A stretch of DNA of 64,000 nucleotides from NCBI RefSeq assembly GCF_910592395.1, contig NC_088308.1, forward strand, positions 1,612,001-1,676,000, read 5' to 3'. The translations under genes and the position numbers were made by a program. The DNA comes from Lineus longissimus. Its lineage: Eukaryota. Position 1 is the first letter of the stretch; every line of letters begins with the position of its first letter. Shown here in pieces: positions 1-12,600 of this stretch. The notes below the pieces were generated by a model. It was not told where the DNA came from. It searched no databases and saw nothing but the letters and a program-made list of their open reading frames with translations.

Positions 1-1962
1 CCTGTCTCTATCTCATCAACGCGGTAAGTCTTAGTTTCAAGTTGCTAAATGGGGAACATGATATATATGTCACGAAGTTGTGTTGGACACAGTCATTTAC
101 CATACATGGCTATAGCAACAATGGCCTGAGATTGCGAATGGAACAATATCCACCCGACTTCTATAAGTAGGGTCTTTGGGCTCTGTCACACCCGTCCTGG
201 TCAGCTGCCGCGAATTTTTCCGGCTACCCAAGATCACAGACATGACCGAAACTTGGACCTCAATTGGTATACAGTCAATGGTCAAGTATGATGTTTTCAA
301 AAAACAATGATGAACAAGGAGTCGCCCATTGCATTCTATCAGGCCTTGCACATTTCAACCAAATATGTTTTCTTGATTACAGTATATTGAGGGATACCGC
401 CAAAATGACGGCCCGATAATTGATATGCTGACCACGTGGGACATCCACGTGATACCAATTGTGAATCCGGACGGGTATAACTACACGTGGACGGTGAATC
501 GGCTGTGGAGGAAAACTCGCACCCCAAATATAGGCAGCGACTGTGTTGGGACGGACCCGAATAGGAACTGGGATTTTCACTGGAGAGGTACGTGTTACTC
601 CGAAGATACTTTAACGTCTTCCAAACAATATACCAAATGTAGTTAAAAAAAAGTAGTTATCAAAGCTATGGTAACCTACTCCTGCCACAATAGTACAGTG
701 GTCAGTAGACCGCAACTTCGACTTCATTATACAAGTGAATCACTCCTCCTTTCTAGCGAAAGAAGACCCGTGCCAGATTATATACCCCGGACCATACCCT
801 TTCTCTGAGCCATGCGTCCAGGCTGTTGCGGACTATCTACTTGATAGAACCAACGTCCTCGTCTACATCAACGTGCATTCGTTCGGGCAAATGTGGTTGC
901 CATCTTGGGGGTACACTCACGAACTACCGCGAGACTTCGACGACTTGGTAAGAGATCGGCTTAATAGAATGTTTACAAGCGGGAACCATCCATGAGTCGA
1001 AAGCCAGTGGGATGTTTCTGAGTGTTTCCGTTTCATAGCGCAAGTCCTCATCGTTCGGGAATGCTGAAAAACAGAGCGACTCGTACCTCTATGTGTTAAG
1101 CCTTGCCAACTGTTATTCCCTTTGTCTTGTCCCGGCACATTCCATCGGTCCTACCTGTCAGGGAACACCGATTGAGAAAGGGGGTACAACCAAAAAGGTT
1201 ACACCAGGTCTTTTTATAGCGGAAGAGCGAGAGTAACATTGTGCAATCGTACTACATTTGTACATTATTTCAATTCAATCGAGCTTAATTTACTACTTGC
1301 TTTGCAATACAAAATTCTTAACCATGATGGGCTCAAGTATATACATGTAATCAAAAAAGGTATATTATGTTGATCTATAATGTCTATAATGTGATAATTT
1401 TGAATACATTATCAGACTTCTTCAACATGCTCTGGTTCATTACTTCAGGAAAGGGTTGCTCAACGCGCCGCCCGTGCCTCCAGAATAATATTTGGCAGCG
1501 AGTACAGAGTAGCAACCAGTGGCCAGCTTCTTGGTAAGCACCTACAGCAATTCATTCGCTCCCCTATTCCATTTAGATATATCGCAAAAGAAAAGATTGA
1601 TAATTTTTCGGACTCAATTTTGTTGTGAAAAAGTGAAGAACAAGCAAGGACCTTTACAAGCGACAACTAGTACACTGTACAGTACTCAACATCCCTGCTA
1701 CATTTTGGCATGTGTGCTAGTAACGACCATCATTCTTGATTTAAGGAATATTTCTTTTTCAGTGTCAAATAGAGGCGTTGCAAAGGACTGGATGAAGGGG
1801 GTCGCGGGTGTTAAATACACTTACACCCTTGAACTTCGAGATAGAGGACAGTACGGGTTCCTCCTTCCTGAGGATCAAATCATACCAACTGGAATTGAAA
1901 TATTTTATGCATTTGAGGCACTCTTGAATGAAGTGGAAGAAATTGAACACATTAATGCTTAG
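1..1962 (+). CDS. M14A zinc metallocarboxypeptidase (carboxypeptidase A/B/O-like), 5'-truncated by the window edge
   Basis: Frame-consistent GT-AG exons: <1-23, 383-587, 757-947, 1449-1533, 1763-1962 (TAG). Hallmark motifs are NPDGY, RLWRKTR (R127), [11 protein letters not shown] (N144/R145), [18 protein letters not shown] (Zn ligand H196), KDW and YTLELRD..YGFLLP..QI (E270). Confidence 0.95.
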
Positions 1963-4900
1963 ATTATCACCAGTCTTTTGCCTTCTCGACTAGCGGTGAA
2001 ATCGATCTACATGTATGCAGAAAAACGCGCAGAATCTGACTCAACACCTGAAACAGCGTCAGCAAGAAAAGTCATCCGCCGTAAGAAATGTTCTAAGTTT
2101 GTAGTTCCATTTTACTATAGCATGTGGCGCTCCTGTTAGGTATCAAGGACAGATTATGGGTGTTTTCTGCGCCAACACAAAACCATTTGGTCACAGCCGC
2201 GTGAAGGCACCTACCACATTCAGCAAATCCATTAGCGATCGACCAGCCGCCAACGGGTGATACATGTATGTGTTTTTATGTGTTTTTTGTGTGTTTTCTG
2301 TGGGTTTTGTTAAGCGGGCAAATCGATCGTTATTGATCTTCTCGATTCCGATATCATCACGCGCCTGTGCTACACCCGAGCCCTCACGGTGTAATGGACG
2401 TCCGTGCTGCAGAGAGAATATCGTTCGATCTGCTCGGAGATGTAAACGACTCCCCGCAGTCTCAAATATTTGCCCTTTTTATAAACCTACCCTGCACATG
2501 GAGGGTCAAGATGCAGAATACGGCGCATATGAAAATAAATGCTGGGGAAGAGCGTATATTCGACTGCATGGCAAACATCGGACTCCTTGTGTTACCCCTT
2601 CCAATTTTAGCCTAAATGATATTGTTTGCCCGGAGATCCGTCCCATTTAATGTTATTTGTCCACTTGACGGGAACTTGTTCATCTTTGATTGGGAGGGGC
2701 GTGAAAAGTGATGCTGGAGCCAACAGAGTAGTCCGATTGTCCCTCTATTGTTCTGTGCCACCCAACGTCAGCTCGGCACTGAAGTGATAATTGGCTTTGG
2801 TATTCTCCCGTGCTTGTTCGAGGACGAGACCCCTTGGTCTATTATTCGGGAAGTTAATAATGTGACTGGAGTCTCCCGTTGGCGCCAGGAAGCCTGTAGC
2901 CGGGCCGTCAATGAGCTATCAAGTGTAACACAAGGGCAGTGAAAACAGGAAGAGAATTGACATGTATATACAGACATTTTATTACTGACAATACAATGGA
3001 CATGTACAAACAATATACTCCTCTTTCACGATTTTGAATAGTACAATAAAATAAAACTTCTCATTGAGAGTGGTCAACAATGTCAACAGTGTAATGTACA
3101 AATTGTAAACCCCATTTTCTGGTGGCACAAAAACGTCACGTCAACGACGAATTTCCGAAACATTCATGACATCGGGAAGTGGGTTGGGGCATCAGAAACT
3201 GTCATTGACATTCCACGGGTATTTCCATGCTCGTCAAACTTTAGAATAATGCCCGCCGCATAAGATTAAATTTGTCATCAGATTTTCCGAATATCATTAG
3301 CATCTTAATGTCCGTTAGCTTTCAGTCATATACACACATGCAGTCGGTCTTTGCTTGTACACGGTACGGTAGATGAAAGTTTGATTGTGCGGCGGGGATT
3401 AGGCTGAAAGGAAGGGCCATAGGAAAAGACAACATTTCATAGAGCTCACATGCACAACCACACTACGTGAAAAGTAGAAGTCACTGTCCTTAAACACCTT
3501 ATAGTTCCTGAGGTTGGTGTGTAGGCCTACATACCTGATAATTGCAGTCTCTGCTAATCTGTTCTAATTTCGAGGTAGTTGATGATGAGTAGAAAGTACA
3601 GTTTAGAACAACACATTGGTGTTGTATGGCCATTTGTTACTAATTGAACAACTGAAAACAACGCTCGAAGTATCGACCAAGACTGTCGACTCCGGCGAGG
3701 GCGAGTATCGAGTTTCTTGTGCTTGAGGATGGCGCCAATCATGTTAATAGAACTTCCGGTCGTATTCGTGACTTCAACAATTTTGACGCTTTTGGATGAC
3801 TACCATGAACATATATGATCGTTTCCTTTTTTCATTATCGGTTCTTTGCACAGCTTCAATTTTATCTGTACAATGTAAAGACTCCCGCTGTGTCAAAGAT
3901 TGTTTATCATCTGTTATAGCTGTTGTGCAGCCTGGAAGTCTGAAGTCAGAAATTCTTCCGACAAAATTGAAATAAATGCCTTTGTTTTAACCACATGAAC
4001 GAAGCAGTCCTGGATTAAATAATTGTACTTTTTGTTCGATTCTCAAACCAACTTTAAATCAAGCTTACTATTTACATGAGCCGGCGATACCAAAATGATA
4101 AACCAGCATGATTAAGAGAAGTAATAAATAATTCAAAATATTGTTATATCATCTTTAATCGTCACTTTAATAATGCTGCAAGACTATTATACTCAAATAA
4201 ATATTGCTAGTGTCCACGGGCTTCTGAAAGTAGTCATAAAATCGATATGAGAATGAGAATGAGCATTTACTCTTATTTTGTCCTATATATGTATTCACTC
4301 CTTCCCTCCGCATAGTCGTAGAATGCACGACAGTAAACCTCACGTGTCGGACTATACCGGACCCAGACTCATGGGCAGCGGCGACTGCCAGACGCCAAAA
4401 ATAGTACATGTATTGTCGAAGTGCCCAGTATACACCCAAAGTGTTACATGGTGGTTTAAAGGATCAAAAGTGCGAGGGACCTTCGCCATCTTTTTTGTCA
4501 CTGGCAGCATCCATCAAGTCTTCACCAAGTGCAAGACTAGCTGCCGCACCAAAAGTGCCAGTTGCCCAGTATTAAGCCTCGCATTTTTCTAATAAAATTG
4601 TGAGATTCATTATTGTTGTTTATAGAAGTATCCAGTCTTCGACATTGCAGGGTTGATAAATATAACGTTTCTTGTGAGGTAGATGACCATGAAAATGCAA
4701 AAGACGAAATATGCGGTCGCCTGGTTATAGAACTATCCCGCAGACAACACGCGTTCCTTATTCTGATTGGTTGAATTATCATCTTGAAAGGACAGTAATT
4801 GTTGACATAGCTACCGAAAATGTTGTTTGTGTGGCAGTAGCGATTGTGACATTATTCAATCAACGATAGAATATCTTGATTAAATCAGCATAACAGAATA

Positions 4901-6635
4901 ACCCCAAGGATGCCGAACTGTGACCCAAAGGCAAAGCATGAGACACTTATTCGAAGGACAGTTTGATGCGTCTGCATGTATTACAAGGGAATTGTCTGAT
5001 CGTAAAGAGATATGGTTGAATGTTAGTCCGTGTTTCACCAATACACGTACATGTACATGTATAGGGCCTATACATGTATACATTTTTACGGCTTTTGGTG
5101 GAAGCAGGGTTCGACGTACCCATGTAGTCAGGTCTACACCCGGTACATCAGATCTTGACGGAAGTCGTTCGCAAGACAGAAAGGTACAAAGGTACATGTA
5201 CTTTGACAAGTAAACAAAACGTCACATAATCGTACGCTTGACTCACGACTGGAATCCACTCACTGTACATACACAGCTACATGCACTGTCTTATACAACT
5301 TCTAATTAAAATAGTCATATTTATGAATCAGTCTTAATAACTGGCCTCTCTTAAATAATCACTGGCAGTTTGTCAGATTAACAGCATCCTTTTAAATACA
5401 TGGACATATCACAACCATCACAATAATTTCCAGTTAGTTTCAGTTTCTTTTCACATAAAAGTATATTCGGTTAATACCAAGTCAACAATGAAATTGATGT
5501 ACACCCACCATTGGGCCTACAGGCAGTCAGTAACCACAATACATTACGCTAGTTTCTTCCTTACCTCGCAGTTAAAAGAATTCATGCCTAGCCCAATACA
5601 CGGTCCATTGTCTTCAAACACCAAGGCCCAAATCCCATTGTGAATCTTATCAAAGGCTATCAGGACAATCCTGATAACATCGACCGCCACCAAACAACTT
5701 TAGTGGGGGTCGATGGGCCTAAATCAACGTAATGTATTTCGAAAACAGGTCATTTGGCTGGTCATCCCAACAACCCTGACTGTACACCAACCATTCACAA
5801 ACCTCCCCCTTTCAATTTGTGTGAACGATGTTCGATTCAAACCCGACTATCCTTGTTTTGCATTCACTTTTGTTGGTTTTGTTGGTTGTAACCCGCGAGC
5901 GAAATCTTCCTCAGGATTAGTCCCCCGCCTTTTAATTCATTGCTAGAAACCACAACAGAGAAACAAATGAAACAGTCGAATAACTTATGCCCAGGGCGTC
6001 ATTCTCACAACTACCATATGAAAACTTGCCGGCGATATCAATTAACAATATTGGTATTGTGATGTTGCTATCCCTTCTTGCCTGTGGTCCTTTTACCCGA
6101 TCCCTCGAGTCTGGTTTGGCTCCATTAGGGCCATATGTGCTATTGTGATCGTATCGATAGATTATCTCTCAATTGTCGTCGTGATGACACTGACAATGAA
6201 TGAGAGACAAATGTCCCCGGAAGTCGAGAAGGTATAGTTCCGATTTCCTTCCCCATGGACACAATGGTGGCTTCAGATATATACACAACATGAGTTCCTT
6301 TTGTCACCATTGAAAGCAAAGTGAAAATCCATCGAAAGTTTCTTCTCCGGTTTTCTTGCCTTCATTGTGCGTATAGTCACTGTCCAACCGTATGTTACTC
6401 CCCGCAGCGAGAACATCAATACGAAGAGTATTCATAACTGTCTTTAATAACAACTTGTAAAATACCCGTAGAAAAATTGCCTCCAGTTAATAGGACGAAA
6501 GAATTCCGCTTGAAGGGCGTGGATTCATGACAAACTCGCATCGTCCCGCGGAAATCTCCGTCCCTGAGTATTTACCTACATCAATACCGGATGCAGGGTT
6601 GTGCTACGTCCGCAATTCCTAAATCCCATCGAAGC

Positions 6636-9600
6636 CTATCTGCAACCGCATGAAGTGACGCTCATCCCCGGGTAATTTTTGAGAACGACATTCCGATTTT
6701 CATCGAAGTATAACAGTGTGACTGATGACATGCTGTCTGGGACACAGCAAGGCGCCGGCACGTCAGAGTTCATACCAATTGCGTGGACGATACTTTGGAT
6801 CGTGGCGTGGTTCGAAGGCCGCATACTCTGTGGAAATAGAAGCGGGAGAATGGTTTTGAATAAAAGCAGTATATGAGGGAAAACTAGTTTTTTGAAAAAA
6901 AAAAAAAAAATGAGATGAGTTTCCGACGTACGTCACTTCTTCAAACGCGTATAAAGGGTAAACTTAATTGAAAAACAGTTTTTTAAGATAGTGATAAATG
7001 AAAGTAAACGCTGGCCAAGCGTACCGTAATACGTTCCCAGTGTGAGGATGCCTTTCTACTTATTTGACCTACGTCAAACCGAGCGTCTTCAAAACGTCAA
7101 CACAACAGGTTGTTAGCAATCTAGCTGATACCCCTGACTGTGTATATTGAATTATGATTGCTCTCCGCCCCATTAATTTGTCCTGGTGTCTATTTCTGAA
7201 TCCCCATGTCGTTCAAATATTGATTTATAAACACTTGGTACTTCATTGCGTTCATCCTTCAGCTATCATCGCAAATCAAGCGGTTCTTAGGGGCATGCAA
7301 TGAACATCAAGACATTAAAGTGTCATGCGTTATTTCATCACGTTTGTGGCGAAATTCGGCTCATAAGACTGCACAGAATCTCGTAAATGCTCACATTCTC
7401 CAACGGGCTGAAGTTGGCGAACGTAACCACTTGCGTGGTTGAGTCGGGTTGCTGCAGTTTTAGTGGAAGTGGAATCACTAGGAGAGCAAACGTGAAGCAG
7501 TAGTTTTCGTGATAAACTGTCTCTTCAAAAGAAACAGCAACAAAAAGGGGATGACATCGTTTACTCACCCTCGTCAAAGGAAACGGGCATTTCCCCGCAC
7601 AGTACTGCGCTTCGAACGACTTGGGTGATATAATCCACTCACTCCACCCAATATCTGCGAAGTCTACGACAAGCTTTCGCTTCTGACAAAGTTCTTGTTG
7701 CTTTCTGCCTGTCGCTTCGTTCACCCTGCGATCGTCCCAATCATCAAGGAAGGGCAGACGACTCCCTCGGCCACGATTTCGATGTCGGTTCCGGTTCCGC
7801 CGGCGATTTTTCCGCCTCCGGTTCTTTCGGTATTTTTTAGGATAAGGTATGTACTTACGAGAGTCTTTGTTTTTACTCGAGTACCTCTCGAATGGGTCAA
7901 ACTTTTGTTTCACTTTGTCTCTGCCTTGCAAAATACCTGGGTTTGTTTTGGGGATATAGTAATTTGTCTGGTCCTTAATGGGTGGTTTTAAATCAACAAT
8001 TAACTTCACTGTCCCTTTCTTAATCCTCGATAATCCCAATTCTGGAATTTCGTTGTTGTCAATCGATCGCCTCTCGCGCGCATGACCTTCCAGTGCTTTC
8101 TTCCGGTCTGCCTCAAACATGGCGTCCGTCGGTTGCTTTGGCTTGGTTTCCTTCTTCACATTCTCACCGAAGGTTTTGAAAGCTTCTTGGAGGTCGACTT
8201 CTTTCGAAACAACCTCTTTCGACTCCTCCGGTGCCTCATCAGCCTGTTGGCCAGTCCGGTGAAGGTGCTCGTCAAGGCTTTTCCAATCTCGCGGCGTAAA
8301 CCGAGGCTGGATATGATCTAGCGTAATGTTTTGCGTATCATTAGAAAATATCACCAAGTACGGCAATGAATGTTGCTTGCTGAATTTCTTCAACGGAACA
8401 TCAACGTCACTGCGCGTTTTGAACATAATTCCGAGTAAATGCGACTTCCGCCGAAGTTTTCCGATGCTCCGCTGCATGGATTCAGTGACGTCCAACACCT
8501 GCCACCCGAATGTATCCGAACGCACTTCGGCTTTTCCGATCTTTGAAACATAAAGTGGCGCCAACTGATACATGACCAGTTCAATCCCGGTTTCGTTCCG
8601 TCTTGTCTTCATCTTTTTCTTGTACAAGTGAATCTCGGCGCTGAAGACTTTCTCAGACGACATTACCGAGCTCAGGTTGAAGATGAGGATCTTATGGCCA
8701 TTCAATTCACCTGAAAGACACAATTAAAACAGAACTTGAGTATCGTGCGGAAATAATCAAACCCATTTACCACCGATAAAAAAGGACCTCCCCACTTCAA
8801 AATGGCGATAAGGACGCCTGTTTGTGAGAATTTTATTGGTCAGCTGGCGACAAATTGCGTCGCGATCAGAGCTTCTGGCGCGGTGGATGTCTGAAAGGAA
8901 GAAACGAAATTTCGTTGAACTTTTAAGAAACAGATTTCAGCCAGCTGTATACAAACTTATTAGATACGAAATCAACAAGTGGCCTTAATATATAGTTCCT
9001 CATCCAGTAGCTTTATAGTACATGTATAACTACATATTGTATATATCATTGTAAGATTCCTTATCAAAAATGCTTCGTGATGTTATCGATGATTACGCCG
9101 CTCAGTTTAAATAACCAGTTAAGAATTACTAGTAATGGCAAAGGATTATTCGTCAAAAGAATAAAGGAATGATATTTCAATCAAGATCGGATTATATGAT
9201 GGTCCTTGGATGGAATGGACCGGCTCGTATTTTCGCGTGAAATACTTGAGCAATATGATCAATATCATTTTATAATCGTCTGGCCCAACTACAGACAGGA
9301 AGTGGTCGATCAACCAGCAATATCTCCAAAATTAGAATGGGAATCGGCAAATGATTTGGATCCACAGAAGGAGTAGCGATTGCGGCGCCAGGAATCCTGA
9401 GTCAATTGACCATGGAAGGTCGATAGAAGAACAATATCGTTATTAGGAATGATGATAGCAGATATCCGAACTGATTAGACCTAGATCCGCCATGATTTAT
9501 CAGCCTTGTGTACATTTGAATACACTGCAGTGCATATACATTGTACATGTATGAATGTTCATAACGACAAGCTATCGTGAAATCAAGTAGCTTTCAATAT

Positions 9601-12600
9601 GGTTTCAAAGAAATATCGCTGACTTTACTAATCAAATGGCCATCGCTTCTCATTGATGGACAATGGAGAGGAGTTCGTATTACCGATTCGTCACAAAGTG
9701 CCTTTGTTTATGCCTCGTCTTGAGGGAGAGTGGCCTGCAGTTTCAATCAGTCTGAATAATGCTTATGATTGTCACGCAATGGCCAAAATGATTGAAGTAT
9801 CATCTGTGATATGTCATTTGAAAGATTACAACCGATCTGTGTCTTATTCATCAACTATACGACTTTTTCTCTGCCCACATTCAGGGTGTTTTTAAGTCGT
9901 TGGACTTTCGATTTCTGACTGAGAATCTGAGAATCTGAGAATCTGAAATATATATTACGGTGTGAACTCCTCAAAGTCATTCTTACAACTGACAACCGCT
10001 GGGGACTAAAACTGTTAAGATATTCACCAACAACAAAACATCAAAGAAAGCTACAGCATAGCCTGAGGGAAAATCATTCAAATGTTTCAATTTGTAGCAG
10101 TTTGTTCTTGGCGCCTTGTAAAAAGCATCGTCGCACTTTATAGCTTGTATAGGCAATTTCCTGGCGCCTCTTAAGAACCACCGTTACTCTTGCTTTCAAA
10201 ATTTCAATATTATATATTCCAGGGAATATTTCCGATTGCATTCTCATTATCGATGTTTATGAACCAACATAATGCATTAGTATGGTTGGTGTACGTTCTC
10301 TTTTCTTACCAGGATTTCCTTGCCGCTATCTGGGCATCCAAGTACTCACTACCGGTGTGATGGCACACTTCGGCACGGTCACAACACCATCATATAACGG
10401 CTTTTCAATACAGCTGTCCATTCTCGTGAAGGCGATTATGAACAACTGACTTTTTCCTGAGCATCCCCGGCCAGGGATGCACAGAAGGCCTGGCCTTTAT
10501 TCTCACGGAGACAGTGAGTTCCGGTAACAAGATGAAAAGTGACGTACTTCTGTACAAAAAATGTCCTTTGTAGTCCCGACCTTTGTTCTGCAGATAATTT
10601 TCTATTGACTAATTATCATCCAATGAGTAACATTGTTACTATTCGATTTATCTTTTTATTTGGCGCAAATCCGTGTCCCAAATAGATCATAGAAGAATAG
10701 TAGTTTACGCAGGCCAATCCGAATTAACGCCAAAATCATAACAATCGGGAAAAAAGTTGAGCATCCATTTATTCCAAATCATGATAGAAGCTGTCATGGC
10801 AGACACTAACGTAATTAGGGTCTGGTTGTTTAAAACCAGCTATGTCACTAACTGAGCGTCATCTTTTTCTTCAGTTTGCATTATCTCTTTCAGTCAAGCT
10901 AATTGGATTTAACGCTGAGTTAGTGGATAGCATCTGGTAACTTAGCAAAATCATTGTTTGTACTGACCAGATCCGTTTATTTAGGATACCCGAGAGGGAG
11001 CAGGCTCCACCTTCAGACCGCCCACAAATAGTCTATTGGAACCAAGAGGTAAAGCCATGGGGAAAAGTAAACGTGAGTTATAGAAAGTAACTTAAGCCCA
11101 ACTGCTGCAACAGACACCAATTAACTCCGCATTCGCTTTTTCTCTTCAAAGTGGTTTTAAGTATAGTGCGTGTCTTTAAGTGGTTTGGCATTAGCGATGG
11201 CATTGTGTTAATATCTTTGGTGCCCGAACACTTTGCTTAGCGGGCCGGGGAGGAACGGCAACCAGACAAATATGAAAGGAATCTCAACTGAAGGTTAAAT
11301 TTTTCCCTTTCTACCACGTTTCACTGACTCGAAATCTTCTCGGTAAATGGGCGTCATCGTTTTAAAATGTTTCCTAGATTATCGATGATTAACACTCGAA
11401 ACGTCGTCTATCAATTTTATTAATGACCATCGTTTATATCCGTGATAACACATTGAAAAAGAATTGATTTCTATGAAATGCATGATGACATCGGCTGATA
11501 GTCAAGATAAATCAGAACCCAGTAAAGTTTACTTGACTTGCCAAGGTTCCGTCGTAATCGGCTTTTCGAAAACGTCATGCGAACGTTCTTAAAAATAGTA
11601 TCAGCAGCGGAGAGATATGATTTCAAGAACATGTACATGTATGTGTGATCCTCCCAAACTGGAGGTTACAACTGTAAGGATCGAACCTGGCAAAACTGTA
11701 ACATCCGCTGGCGAGAGCCGGTCCCGAAGCCTCCATATATCGCTCGCGCACGTGTGACAACCCATCGCCTCTGTTGTGATACGATAATTTTGATATAATC
11801 AGTACCAAATTACCGCAATAGCAATAGCGCACCGCTTGTCTAAATAGTATATTTTATAGTACAACTACCATCATGGGCTCCATTTATACCAGTTTATGAA
11901 ATTTTAATCATGTTCCGAGGACATGGTTCATAACTCGTCGATTAAGTTGACATAGTGGCGCCAAATTCTGCGATAATTCAGTTTGTAGGAAATGCGGCTG
12001 TAGTGGGCACTCAAAAGTGTCGCAGTAAAAACACATAATCGTTACTTTGTGGAAAGCACGGTTTTATGTCTCGAATGTGACAGTTTCGACTGATAACGTA
12101 CGCCGCAGCGATAGTCTTGATGTCCCTTGGTTTTGCTCGTTTATCAAAATCGGACTATGGACGTATTTTCATATATTTTATCTTTCATATAGTAATCATA
12201 TCATATGGTGTACTTGTAACTTTCATGGGGAGATCTATGTATTAAAGAGAGAGTTCTGCGGCTGATCCACCTGAGTTTTTTTGCAATTGTCACATCATTT
12301 TCTCATTGAGAAATCATTTCGAATATATGAGAGTATATACACCCATACGGCTCACACTTTATCAACAACTGCACACGAAAGCAACCAACGACAAGAACGT
12401 CACGTGCTCAAATCACAAAAAAGGAAGGCGGAGCCGGGTTGATTGGTTCCCGCCAAGCTTCCACCACAAACCTGGTTCTGGTTTCCATCCATGCCCTCCT
12501 ACTAATGAACCTGACCTTCTGGCGCGTGGTACTGGCACCTAAGCCATGTCTCGGCTCCTTGGCTCGTCATTTGTGATTAGGCCGTTTCACAAATTTATTG

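Noticed and set aside
2264..2650. Overlapping short ORFs downstream of the carboxypeptidase
   Set aside because: No gene structure; at most a faint RT-like remnant (PQSQIFALFINLP).
7338..7568. C-terminal tail of the 461-aa ORF
   Set aside because: This is intron read-through past the donor at 7569; the true C-terminus is in exon 6827-6636.
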